Virus record (IMG/VR): IMGVR_UViG_3300025387_000027
Span: 1 to 45,362 of that record
Strand: one strand, 5' to 3'
Source: a virus
Taxonomy: Duplodnaviria > Caudoviricetes
DNA length: 45,362 nucleotides
Shown: positions 35,644 to 43,131 of the stretch, piece after piece
How positions within the stretch are numbered: position 1 is the stretch's first letter
Layout of the letters: each line of letters starts with the position of its first letter
Notes under the pieces: generated by a model
What the model was told of the DNA's origin: nothing
Databases searched by the model: none
The model's input: the letters and a program-made list of their open reading frames with translations, nothing else
Translations under genes and position numbers: made by a program

Positions 35644-35867
35644 TACGCACACCCTGCCGTGTCAGTTTCCTCATCCAGCTCATACGGTTCCAAATAAGCT
35701 TGAGCCTCAACCATGTCGGCCATAGCCGCTAAAGACACCTCAATGCCTTCCAAAGCTTCCGCAATGCGCTGAATTGCAATCGACTCACTGTTAAGTCCAG
35801 TTTGACGACGCGCCGTTCTTGCTTGCGCTTGTCCTAACAAGACGCCTGTTTCGCGTGGGCCTGTCAT
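35643..35867 (-). CDS. Hypothetical protein
   Basis: 74 aa, ATGA overlap upstream, TAATG downstream. Confidence 0.65.
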   Translation of the reverse strand: MTGPRETGVLLGQAQARTARRQTGLNSESIAIQRIAEALEGIEVSLAAMADMVEAQAYLEPYELDEETDTAGCA

Positions 35868-36373
35868 TTGCGCGTCCTTTGATTAATGTAGCCTTCAGAC
35901 TCTTTCTCAATCAAAGCAGCCAACGCGTCCTTCTTGCGAACGCCAGTGCGAGCCGGTTCAGCAAACTTGTTCGCCCTCATCGCCGTCGAGCCATGAGCAG
36001 AATCCTCACCAGCCCAAACAGACTTGCCGCCGCCAACATTCTGCAAAACTTCAGACGTCGCAGTAGGCGTCATAGGCGTCGAGCCGCCTTTGGAGCTGCC
36101 AGCGCCAGAAGCGCCATTAACAAGATACGTTGCGCCTTGCGTCTGCGTATCAGCCTTGCCAGACGTGCCTTGCATATTGCGCACATACTTATCGACGCCA
36201 GCAACATCAGCCTTCTGACGCCACGCTGTCCCTGTAGGTGCGCCCATAGGATCAGAAGGACTTGTCGATGAATAAACTTGTATAGGACGCCCATTGTCGT
36301 CCAAAGCAGGCTTGGCAGCGTAAGACGCAAGCGTCGCCAGATTAACTTTCGGCGCTGGAAACAAACTTGCCAT
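35864..36373 (-). CDS. Hypothetical protein, first gene of the late block
   Basis: GAGG RBS; 169 aa, Gly/Ser/Thr-rich. Confidence 0.7.
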   Translation of the reverse strand: MASLFPAPKVNLATLASYAAKPALDDNGRPIQVYSSTSPSDPMGAPTGTAWRQKADVAGVDKYVRNMQGTSGKADTQTQGATYLVNGASGAGSSKGGSTPMTPTATSEVLQNVGGGKSVWAGEDSAHGSTAMRANKFAEPARTGVRKKDALAALIEKESEGYINQRTRK

Positions 36374-36420
36374 ATACGCCTCTATGCCGTGTTAGCCGGA
36401 CAACAACTTCCATAATGTCG

Positions 36421-36491
36421 ATTTTTGAAATTTTGTGGGGAGCCGGTCTGGGGCTGGGGCTGGTTTCGCCAGAGGGGGGTGTAGGGGGGGG
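36421..36491. other. T-tracts followed by five G-runs (possible G-quadruplex or packaging-associated site)
   Basis: G4 36437, G4 36450, G4 36456, G6 36474, G8 36484, in the gap upstream of the late block. Confidence 0.5.
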
Positions 36492-36701
36492 CGGCTGGCC
36501 GAAATCAAGGGAACAAACCAAGAACGAGGTATCTGGATACCACATAACGCGACGTTTCGCGCCGCCAACTGTTGCAAGAGCAGTTGATTGCGCGCTTATG
36601 TTATTGAAAGGATTGATGCACGTTCCAAAGACCAAGCAGGAACGCGGCAAAAGGCGCTCGCAAAGCGCCTTGTGCATTTCTGACGATCAATTCCTAACGT
36701 G

Positions 36702-37241
36702 TCAACAGGCCGCGAAATAAAGCGCCAAGGCTTCCAACGACTTGATAGCGCGTAATTTGTCTTCATAGTTGAAAGCCGCCTGGCCGCGCCCTTCACACAA
36801 TCGACGCGCTGCGCTTTCTCCTAGCAATCCTTGAGACAATAAAACCGTGTGTGCGCGTTCAAAGCGCTTGACGGCGCGCTTGTCTTTCTCGCTCAGCTCT
36901 TGCCCTAATTCGCTTTCAATATCAGGCGCTTGCGTCTTTGCGCCGCGCTCTAAGCTTATCGGTTTAACCTGTAAAGGCGTTGCGCCAATAGCCTGATAAT
37001 ACTCAAAAGCAATCTCTGCCCAGGCCCAGCCTGCTCCGGCTTGCCTGGACGTAATATCTCCAGCAAGCAGCAGGCGACCGAGTTCAGTCCCTAGTCGCGG
37101 ATCACTTGCGGCAGCAATAGCGCTTTCTGACAGACGCTTAATAGCAGCAGGCGCAAAGCGCGGCTCTTGTTTCTTTCTGTCAGCGCGTCCGTTCGGCTCG
37201 CGTTCAAGCTCCGGCTTTCTTTTGCGTCCTACTCTCGCCAT
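36702..37241 (-). CDS. Hypothetical protein, possible late-gene regulator
   Basis: Likely start MARVGRKRK...REPNGR; C-terminal RAIKSLEALALYF helix; sits just upstream of the late block, where lambdoid Q genes lie. Confidence 0.6.
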   Translation of the reverse strand: MARVGRKRKPELEREPNGRADRKKQEPRFAPAAIKRLSESAIAAASDPRLGTELGRLLLAGDITSRQAGAGWAWAEIAFEYYQAIGATPLQVKPISLERGAKTQAPDIESELGQELSEKDKRAVKRFERAHTVLLSQGLLGESAARRLCEGRGQAAFNYEDKLRAIKSLEALALYFAAC

Positions 37242-37330
37242 GTCAGATCCTCGCGCGTGTACATGCGTAGCTGTCAGCAAAGCGCCCTCTCTTTTGGCCT
37301 TTCCGTATAACTTTCTGGATTGCTTTCTAA

Positions 37331-37554
37331 TCGCGCTAAGCTCAACTAATCGCGTTGACTGCTTTCTTGCGCTTTCTGCTTGCGCTGATTGCACTGTTTG
37401 CGCTGACTGCTTTCTGTCAGCGTTATCTCGCGCTGATCGCGTTGATTGCTTGCTTGTTGCGTCTTATCGCGTTGAAGGCTTTGCGGTCGCTTCTGGCGCT
37501 CCAGGTGTTCGCGCTTACGCTTGCTTACGCTTGTTCAGCGCTGGTCGCGCTAAG
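37331..37554. repeat. Ten dispersed direct repeats of TYGCGYT
   Basis: Copies at 37331, 37350, 37367, 37380, 37398, 37428, 37437, 37467, 37509, 37545, several extended to TYGCGYTGAYTGC. Confidence 0.8.
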
Positions 37555-37639
37555 AACAACCAATGAATAAATAGCTAGCACGACATGTCAGCTTGTTTGT
37601 GAATAAAAGGCGCTTTCTTGATTGCTGTTCAATTACATC

Positions 37640-37800
37640 GCCGCCTCTTGACAGGTTTTTCTCACGCGACATACGCCTTATTTATTCTTACAACTGCTTA
37701 TTATTATAAATATTTTAATTATATGTTGTTTGACAGCATTTTATGGCTTGATAATTACTAGCAAACATGTTTTTGATTATGTCAGCGCAAAATCACTTGC
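37640..37800. promoter_or_regulatory. AT-rich divergent promoter region
   Basis: Strand switch point; TTGACA at 37648 and 37730 on +, but no canonical -10 at 17-bp spacing. Confidence 0.4.
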
Positions 37801-37802
37801 GC

Positions 37803-37837
37803 CGGTTGTCACCACCAACCGTAAACATAAAGGCAAC
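37803..37837 (+). promoter_or_regulatory. CACCAC-loop leader hairpin 1 plus AAAGGCAAC RBS
   Basis: CGGTTG-TCACCAC-CAACCG. Confidence 0.7.
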
Positions 37838-37841
37838 GATC

Positions 37842-37940
37842 ATGAAAACACTTGAGACAATTATATTCACTATAGCCGCAATGGCTTTTGTGCCGCTCAT
37901 GAGCTTTGCGGCGCTTTGCTTGTTCACTCGCTCTTTTTAA
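37842..37940 (+). CDS. 32-aa membrane peptide
   Basis: Hand translation MKTLETIIFTIAAMAFVPLMSFAALCLFTRSF; same leader as neighbouring genes. Confidence 0.65.
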   Translation: MKTLETIIFTIAAMAFVPLMSFAALCLFTRSF

Positions 37941-37942
37941 TC

Positions 37943-37975
37943 GCTGACACCACCAGCAATACAACGAAAGGCAAC
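37943..37975 (+). promoter_or_regulatory. CACCAC-loop leader hairpin 2 plus ACGAAAGGCAAC RBS
   Basis: GCTG-ACACCAC-CAGC. Confidence 0.7.
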
Positions 37976-37979
37976 CACC

Positions 37980-39401
37980 ATGAACGCACCGATTAAACTC
38001 TCAGGCGCAGCTAGAGGCGCATTGCGCAAGGCTATTACTAGCAATCCTAGCTGGCCTGCTTATCGCTCAACAAATGGCTTGACCATTGACACCATGAGCG
38101 CCGAGCAATTGCTGACGGCCGCTTCATTATTCTGCATCGACGTGGCAAGCGTGACGGCTGACGCTGACGCTGACGACATGAGCGACGAAAACCACAAGCC
38201 ACGGCCACATAATAGCGACGAAGTGGCGGCTCTTACCGATAGAATTTCAAAACTAGGCAACCAGGGGTTTGTTTCTGACAAGGATAGTGAGTTCGCTAGA
38301 GCAATCATTAAAACGATATTGGACAAACAACACGGCTCAGCGACCGTTAAGCAATATCGTGTTCTGGAAAAAATCGCAGTTCGTGCAGGCTCTAAGGCTG
38401 ACAAGGCTGGACACCAGGAAGCGCCAAAGCAGGCGGCCGTTAAAGGCGACCTATTTAACGGCAGCTATGCCGTAAAGCAGGCACCAGCAGCGCAAGCAAT
38501 TCCGGCAGCAAATGACGCAGCCGCTCAACTTGCTTCACTTATCGCGCAAATGGCTGGCTCAGCGATTAATCCTGAAACAGTGGCGCGCATTGTTGACGAG
38601 CGCATTAACGCAGCGCTGGCGTTAATTCCTAGCGTCAAAATCGAATGTAAAGGCTTTGACGGCCAATGGCGCGACATGGAAGGCCACCAGCACCCACAAT
38701 TTAAAAACATGCTACGCGCAGCAGGCTCGCGCATGGCTAATGGCTTTGCGCCTAATATCTGGATTGCAGGCCCTGCCGGATCAGGAAAGACACATGCCGG
38801 ACATATGCTTGCAGACGCGCTTGGTTTGCCTTTTCACTTAAATGGCGCCCTTAGCATGGCTTTCGAGTTGCTAGGTTTTATTGACGCAGGCGGCGCATAT
38901 CATCGCACACCGTTCCGCGAAGCTTACGAGCATGGCGGCATTTATATGTTCGATGAGGTTGACGGCTCAGACAATGCCGCACTGCTTGCGCTTAATGCAG
39001 CGCTTGCAAATGGTCATTGCGCTTTCCCAGACCAAGCAATCAAACGCCATCCAAGCTGCATCATCCTCGGAAGCGCGAACACATGGGGACTTGGCGCAAC
39101 TGCTGAATACGTGGGCCGCGCTAAGATCGACGCAGCATTTTTAAGCCGCTTTCCAGTCCGTCTTAATTGGCAATATGACACAGCGCTTGAGGTAGCCATA
39201 AGCGGCAATGAAGGCTTTGCACGTCGCGTTATTGCAGCGCGTGAACGTGCGCACCAGGCAGGCGTTAAAGTCCTAATTGACCCACGCGCTTCACAAGCAG
39301 GCGCAGCGCTTATTGCGGCAGGCTTTACCAGCGATGAAGCGGCAAACCTTACCTATCTTGCAAACCTTTCGGCCGATCAGCGCCGCATTGTGGAGGGCTA
39401 A
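37980..39401 (+). CDS. MoxR/CbbQ-like (dynein-related) AAA+ ATPase with long N-terminal extension
   Basis: Walker A GPAGSGKT, Walker B YMFDEVD, sensor-1 SANT, arginine finger DAAFLSRF. Confidence 0.9.
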   Translation: MNAPIKLSGAARGALRKAITSNPSWPAYRSTNGLTIDTMSAEQLLTAASLFCIDVASVTADADADDMSDENHKPRPHNSDEVAALTDRISKLGNQGFVSDKDSEFARAIIKTILDKQHGSATVKQYRVLEKIAVRAGSKADKAGHQEAPKQAAVKGDLFNGSYAVKQAPAAQAIPAANDAAAQLASLIAQMAGSAINPETVARIVDERINAALALIPSVKIECKGFDGQWRDMEGHQHPQFKNMLRAAGSRMANGFAPNIWIAGPAGSGKTHAGHMLADALGLPFHLNGALSMAFELLGFIDAGGAYHRTPFREAYEHGGIYMFDEVDGSDNAALLALNAALANGHCAFPDQAIKRHPSCIILGSANTWGLGATAEYVGRAKIDAAFLSRFPVRLNWQYDTALEVAISGNEGFARRVIAARERAHQAGVKVLIDPRASQAGAALIAAGFTSDEAANLTYLANLSADQRRIVEG

Positions 39402-39404
39402 CCA

Positions 39405-40277
39405 ATGCGCAAATTTACTCTTGAAGCTTGCCAATCAGTGCAAAAACTAATCGACCGAAAAGCCGTCGATCATTGGGCTTTGTTTGATAGCCCATCAGAG
39501 CTTGGTGAATACGCCAAACAAAATTGCATGGCATCAGATAACATGACGCGCCGAAGCTATGATTTTTTCGGCACAGATACAGGCTTACAGGCAGTTAAAA
39601 AAACACGCGAGGGCGACATTGCCCTTGTCGCTAAATCCGACGCCTTGCTTGAGCGCTTTGAACGCTTTGCTTTTGATACGAGCTGCAAGGGTTGGGCTGA
39701 CGACGTAGCAGGCGCAATCCCTAACGTGCCTGCTTACCTGGCTGGACATCCTAACGCTATGCGGCGGCGCGTGACATATCGCGACGCAGGCGCGCCGCTT
39801 GCTGTCATTGTTGACCTGACGACTAGCTGCTCAATCACTGCTGACGCTATCGAAAGACGTGGCGCAGCCGTCATGGCGCTTGTTCGCTTGTTAGCAATGA
39901 AGCGCCCTGTTGAATTATGGGCTGGCGTTATGGTTGACGCTAACACTCGCAAAGATTGCGCGGCAGTTTTTACAAAGATTGAAACCGCACCGCTCGACCT
40001 GGCGACGGCCGCCTATGTCCTAACCAGCGCAAGCTTTCCGCGCCGCCTCTGCTATGCCTATGCAGACACGCGCCATTATTATTCCGGCTCTTGGCCCTAC
40101 AACAACCACAAGGCAACCAGGCAGCTATTAGCAGACATATGCAAGCCAGCATTTCATCACGTAACCGAGGCGCTTTGTATTCCGGCCATCCATGTTGAAG
40201 ATCAAATTGCAAACGATCCAGAAGGCTGGATAGAGGCGAAGCTAGCCGAATTGACACCAGTAGACCTCGCAGCATGA
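39405..40277 (+). CDS. VWA-like partner of the AAA+ ATPase
   Basis: DVAGAIPNVPAYLAGHP..M, beta-strand VIVDLTTSCS (degenerate MIDAS), RGAAVMALV helix; adjacent to the ATPase gene. Confidence 0.7.
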   Translation: MRKFTLEACQSVQKLIDRKAVDHWALFDSPSELGEYAKQNCMASDNMTRRSYDFFGTDTGLQAVKKTREGDIALVAKSDALLERFERFAFDTSCKGWADDVAGAIPNVPAYLAGHPNAMRRRVTYRDAGAPLAVIVDLTTSCSITADAIERRGAAVMALVRLLAMKRPVELWAGVMVDANTRKDCAAVFTKIETAPLDLATAAYVLTSASFPRRLCYAYADTRHYYSGSWPYNNHKATRQLLADICKPAFHHVTEALCIPAIHVEDQIANDPEGWIEAKLAELTPVDLAA

Positions 40278-40343
40278 GGGCAGCGAGAAGGGCGGCGCTG
40301 CCATACTAGCGGCCGCCTTTCCTGAAGCGCTTCAGGGCCTTCT

Positions 40344-40380
40344 CTGCCTCACCACGGCAGGCAACAAAACGAAAGGCAGC
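40344..40380 (+). promoter_or_regulatory. CACCAC-loop leader hairpin 3 plus ACGAAAGGCAGC RBS
   Basis: CTGCC-TCACCAC-GGCAG. Confidence 0.7.
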
Positions 40381-40384
40381 ACCA

Positions 40385-40597
40385 ATGGGACATTTTGCAA
40401 TTGTTGTATCGCGCACAATTGGACAAACCGCGACGATATACCTTGAAGCAACAAGCAAGGAACAAGCAGAACATAAAATTAATTGTTTAATTGAACAAGA
40501 GGAGCTTGAGGAGGCTTATGAGTATTTAATGTGGGAAAATGAGGAGATATTTGACGGACCAGAACTCTGTCAAACTGTAAAAGTCAATAAAGATTAA
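40385..40597 (+). CDS. Small acidic hypothetical protein
   Basis: 70 aa, LEATSKEQAE motif, very Glu-rich. Confidence 0.7.
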   Translation: MGHFAIVVSRTIGQTATIYLEATSKEQAEHKINCLIEQEELEEAYEYLMWENEEIFDGPELCQTVKVNKD

Positions 40598-40599
40598 CA

Positions 40600-40635
40600 G
40601 GCGAAGCACCACACGCCACCAACACGAAAGGCAAC
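40600..40635 (+). promoter_or_regulatory. CACCAC-loop leader hairpin 4 plus ACGAAAGGCAAC RBS
   Basis: GGCG-AAGCACCACA-CGCC. Confidence 0.6.
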
Positions 40636-40639
40636 ACAG

Positions 40640-41014
40640 ATGAAAGCTTATCTTATAAACCCAAAAGCAGGCACCATTTCCCAGGTCGATATAGACGGCG
40701 GATTGTCTGACATGTATCGACTACTGGATTGCCAGCTAGTTGATGTTTTGCGCGACGCTATACCAGGACACGACATTTGGCTTGACGATGAGGGGCTAAT
40801 GTTTGAGGACGAAGCGCCGCATGGTTTGTTTTATTCAAAACGAACAGGGCAGACATTGGCAGGCTTAGGGCTTGTCTTATCGTCCAATCAGGAGGGCGAC
40901 TGCACAGCGGCGACTTGCTCAGCGGAGGACATAACTAAATACGTCCAGCCAATAGCCGAGATAAACCACGAAGAAAAATCAATCTATCTCGGACATTTTA
41001 AAATAGCAGCTTAA
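40640..41014 (+). CDS. Hypothetical protein (DUF3846-like)
   Basis: MKAYLINP...DIWLDDEGL...LAGLGLVL pattern. Confidence 0.7.
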   Translation: MKAYLINPKAGTISQVDIDGGLSDMYRLLDCQLVDVLRDAIPGHDIWLDDEGLMFEDEAPHGLFYSKRTGQTLAGLGLVLSSNQEGDCTAATCSAEDITKYVQPIAEINHEEKSIYLGHFKIAA

Positions 41015-41021
41015 TAAAGCA

Positions 41022-41072
41022 GGGCGGTCGGCCACCACAGCCAGACCGCCCCTACACACCGACCAAGGCAAC
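41022..41072 (+). promoter_or_regulatory. CACCAC-loop leader hairpin 5 plus AAGGCAAC
   Basis: GGGCGGTC-GGC-CACCACA-GCC-A-GACCGCCC. Confidence 0.7.
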
Positions 41073-41081
41073 GAGGCCAGC

Positions 41082-41351
41082 ATGGTAAAAAAACAATTAT
41101 CAGAACATGACGCCGCTAGACAATGGCGCGAAAATCTTGGCTTGACACGCGCTGCCCTGTCAGAACTGTCAGGATATAGCCAGCAATCAATCGCAGACTA
41201 CGAGCTAGGCTATCAAACAAACGGCAAACCTATTGATTCGGCGGCCTTCAAGCGCTTCAAGCTTGCTTGCGCCGCCGTCCATGCCGGATTGTCTTTTGAT
41301 TGGTCAAAGGTAGAGCTTGAGCATGTCAGAAAAGAAAAAATTATAATTTAA
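41082..41351 (+). CDS. XRE-family HTH protein
   Basis: WRENLGLTRAALSELSGYSQQSIADYELG. Confidence 0.85.
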   Translation: MVKKQLSEHDAARQWRENLGLTRAALSELSGYSQQSIADYELGYQTNGKPIDSAAFKRFKLACAAVHAGLSFDWSKVELEHVRKEKIII

Positions 41352-41372
41352 TAAGCACCAATTCCTAACAAG

Positions 41373-41828
41373 CTAATCACCAATTCCCCTGCCGAACAAC
41401 GACTCAAGCAAGGCGTCTCCAATCTGAATGGAGGCGTCTTTTTTATTTGAAGGACCACTTCCCACAGGCTTGTCAGGAGCAGGAAGTCCGGCTTTAAACT
41501 TTCGGATCATTTCCTGAACGCGCTCACGACTAGCCGCGGCTTCCTCTGGAGTCATAATGTCCAATGGCCTGCTAAACTTATGCTGGCTTGGCTTGTGTGG
41601 TTGAGTCGCTGACACGACCTTCTCACAAGCCTGTCTGACTTCACCTGCTGACGGAGGAAACTCACGCGACTGGCGCGTGATATTCCGGCAAGCCGCGTCA
41701 ACGACGCTTTCATCGTATATCTCGACACAACTCAAGAAAGCTTCCATCGTCTCCCTGATCTGCGCTCCGCTCGGCCTGTAGCTTGGGAAAGCTGAGAACA
41801 TTTGTGTCAGCGATTTTAGCTTGCTCAT
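41373..41828 (-). CDS. Hypothetical replication-associated protein
   Basis: Likely start MSKLKSL; VDAAC...FPPSAGEVRQAC motif seen in genes following phage replication initiators. Confidence 0.6.
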   Translation of the reverse strand: MSKLKSLTQMFSAFPSYRPSGAQIRETMEAFLSCVEIYDESVVDAACRNITRQSREFPPSAGEVRQACEKVVSATQPHKPSQHKFSRPLDIMTPEEAAASRERVQEMIRKFKAGLPAPDKPVGSGPSNKKDASIQIGDALLESLFGRGIGD

Positions 41829-42171
41829 TCTCTTTCTCGCGGATAGCGGCAGCCAGCATAGCCAAGCCGTCTTTTCTTGGGTCAAACATTGCTAACGTAG
41901 TCGTGTATTCGTCTTCCCAACGGTCGTTGTTGAGAAAGGTTGACGCGTGAAGCCATGGGCGCGTGGGATTCATCGCCATCATGTCAGTGTATCGTTTGAC
42001 GCCTGACATGATGATATCGAGCGACGCGCGCTTCCTGGCAGCCAAGAAAGCTTTGTGAGCTGCTTTTTTGCCTTCCTTGTGTTTCCAGTTAGGCCAGAAA
42101 ACAATCTCAAACTCGTTAGGCTGCGCTACAGATGCGACCAAACTGTGCTGCGAAAGCCAAAGCGTCTTCAT
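41710..42171 (-). CDS. Protein resembling the C-terminal domain of phage replication initiators
   Basis: FEIVFWPNW.HKEGKKAAHKAF...HASTFLNNDRWEDE; start uncertain (42171 or 42327). Confidence 0.65.
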   Translation of the reverse strand: MKTLWLSQHSLVASVAQPNEFEIVFWPNWKHKEGKKAAHKAFLAARKRASLDIIMSGVKRYTDMMAMNPTRPWLHASTFLNNDRWEDEYTTTLAMFDPRKDGLAMLAAAIREKENEQAKIADTNVLSFPKLQAERSADQGDDGSFLELCRDIR

Positions 42172-42661
42172 GTCTTCCAGTAAAGATAGGACGCCCAACT
42201 TCTGGCTCTGGTTCAGGTTCAGGTTGTTCAAGCACTGGCTCAGGTGTTGGCTCAGGTGTTGGTTCGTCAACGGTTTGCTCAGATGCTTTTGCGGATCTTT
42301 TGTCCTGTTCATATTTTTTTCTCCCATACAACAATACGGCTTTGACCGATTTAATCTGATCTAAGATAATCTCATCGCCATCGTTGACGCTTTTTTGCGC
42401 CATGTTGCAGGCGTGAAGCACAGTCGTGTGATCTTTAAGCAATGATCTGCCAATTTGCGTAAAGCTGGCGGTCGTAAATTCTCTAAGGCAATAACAAGCC
42501 AAACGCCGCGCTCTCATTGTTCTGTCAGGCTTTCGATGTGAAAGCATGTCAGCCATTGACACGCCTGTAACAATAGACACCGCTTTAACAATTTCCTTAA
42601 TTTTGTATATTTTATAATCCTGAGAAAAAGGATCGTCGCACCATTGTTTTTCTTCTTGCAT
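42116..42661 (-). CDS. DnaA domain IV-like HTH protein with Pro/Glu-rich tail
   Basis: RARRLACYCLREFT..SFTQIGRSL.KDHTTVLHAC. Confidence 0.85.
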   Translation of the reverse strand: MQEEKQWCDDPFSQDYKIYKIKEIVKAVSIVTGVSMADMLSHRKPDRTMRARRLACYCLREFTTASFTQIGRSLLKDHTTVLHACNMAQKSVNDGDEIILDQIKSVKAVLLYGRKKYEQDKRSAKASEQTVDEPTPEPTPEPVLEQPEPEPEPEVGRPIFTGRHEDALAFAAQFGRICSAA

Positions 42662-42868
42662 TTACGCCTCCTGACTCAACTTATATTTACTAACGGCTGC
42701 CTTGATCGCTCGCTCGTTACGTTTTAACCAATATAAACTTTCTAACGCTGCATCTAATTTTGGTTGAACAAACTTATATTCGCTAGGCTTTAGCTTTTCT
42801 CCGCGCGACGCAACGGTAATTAGCGTTTCAATTGCTCTAATCTGGTTCTCAAGAGGGACGTTACTCAT
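42662..42868 (-). CDS. Hypothetical protein
   Basis: Likely start MSNVPLENQI, overlapping the upstream stop. Confidence 0.6.
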   Translation of the reverse strand: MSNVPLENQIRAIETLITVASRGEKLKPSEYKFVQPKLDAALESLYWLKRNERAIKAAVSKYKLSQEA

Positions 42869-43130
42869 AGCTTTTAGCGTCCAAGCTTTTGACAATGAGC
42901 TGACAATATCCGGCGACATCGTGCCAGCTATCGACGTAATTAGGATCGCCTTCAACAATCCTTGCAAGCTTGTTAGAAATCATTTCTAACGTCTCACGCT
43001 GACATGGAGACAGCCTCATCCAGTTCTTTCCTGACCTAATAGCCGCTTTAATCAACTGCGACCTATGAGCAACGTCTTCGTAATCACCGTAAGTTTTTTG
43101 GCGTTCGCCTAATGTTGCTTCAACGTCCAT
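42861..43130 (-). CDS. DUF6378-like protein
   Basis: Likely start MDVEATLGERQKTYG...KLARI..GDPNYVDSWHDVAGY. Confidence 0.75.
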   Translation of the reverse strand: MDVEATLGERQKTYGDYEDVAHRSQLIKAAIRSGKNWMRLSPCQRETLEMISNKLARIVEGDPNYVDSWHDVAGYCQLIVKSLDAKSYE

Positions 43131-43131
43131 G

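Noticed and set aside
37222-37570. Plus-strand ORFs 37222-37566 and 37355-37570, and the 5' extension of 36702-37394
   Set aside because: Explained by the A-poor repeat field, which suppresses stop codons; no convincing RBS
37950-37957. E. coli Chi (GCTGGTGG) on the minus strand of hairpin 2
   Set aside because: Only one of five units matches; the others conserve pairing and loop rather than the octamer, and the host is unlikely to be enterobacterial
42116-42661. Bacterial dnaA, implying host chromosomal DNA
   Set aside because: Only the domain IV-like HTH is present, with no AAA+ domain, in a phage operon context
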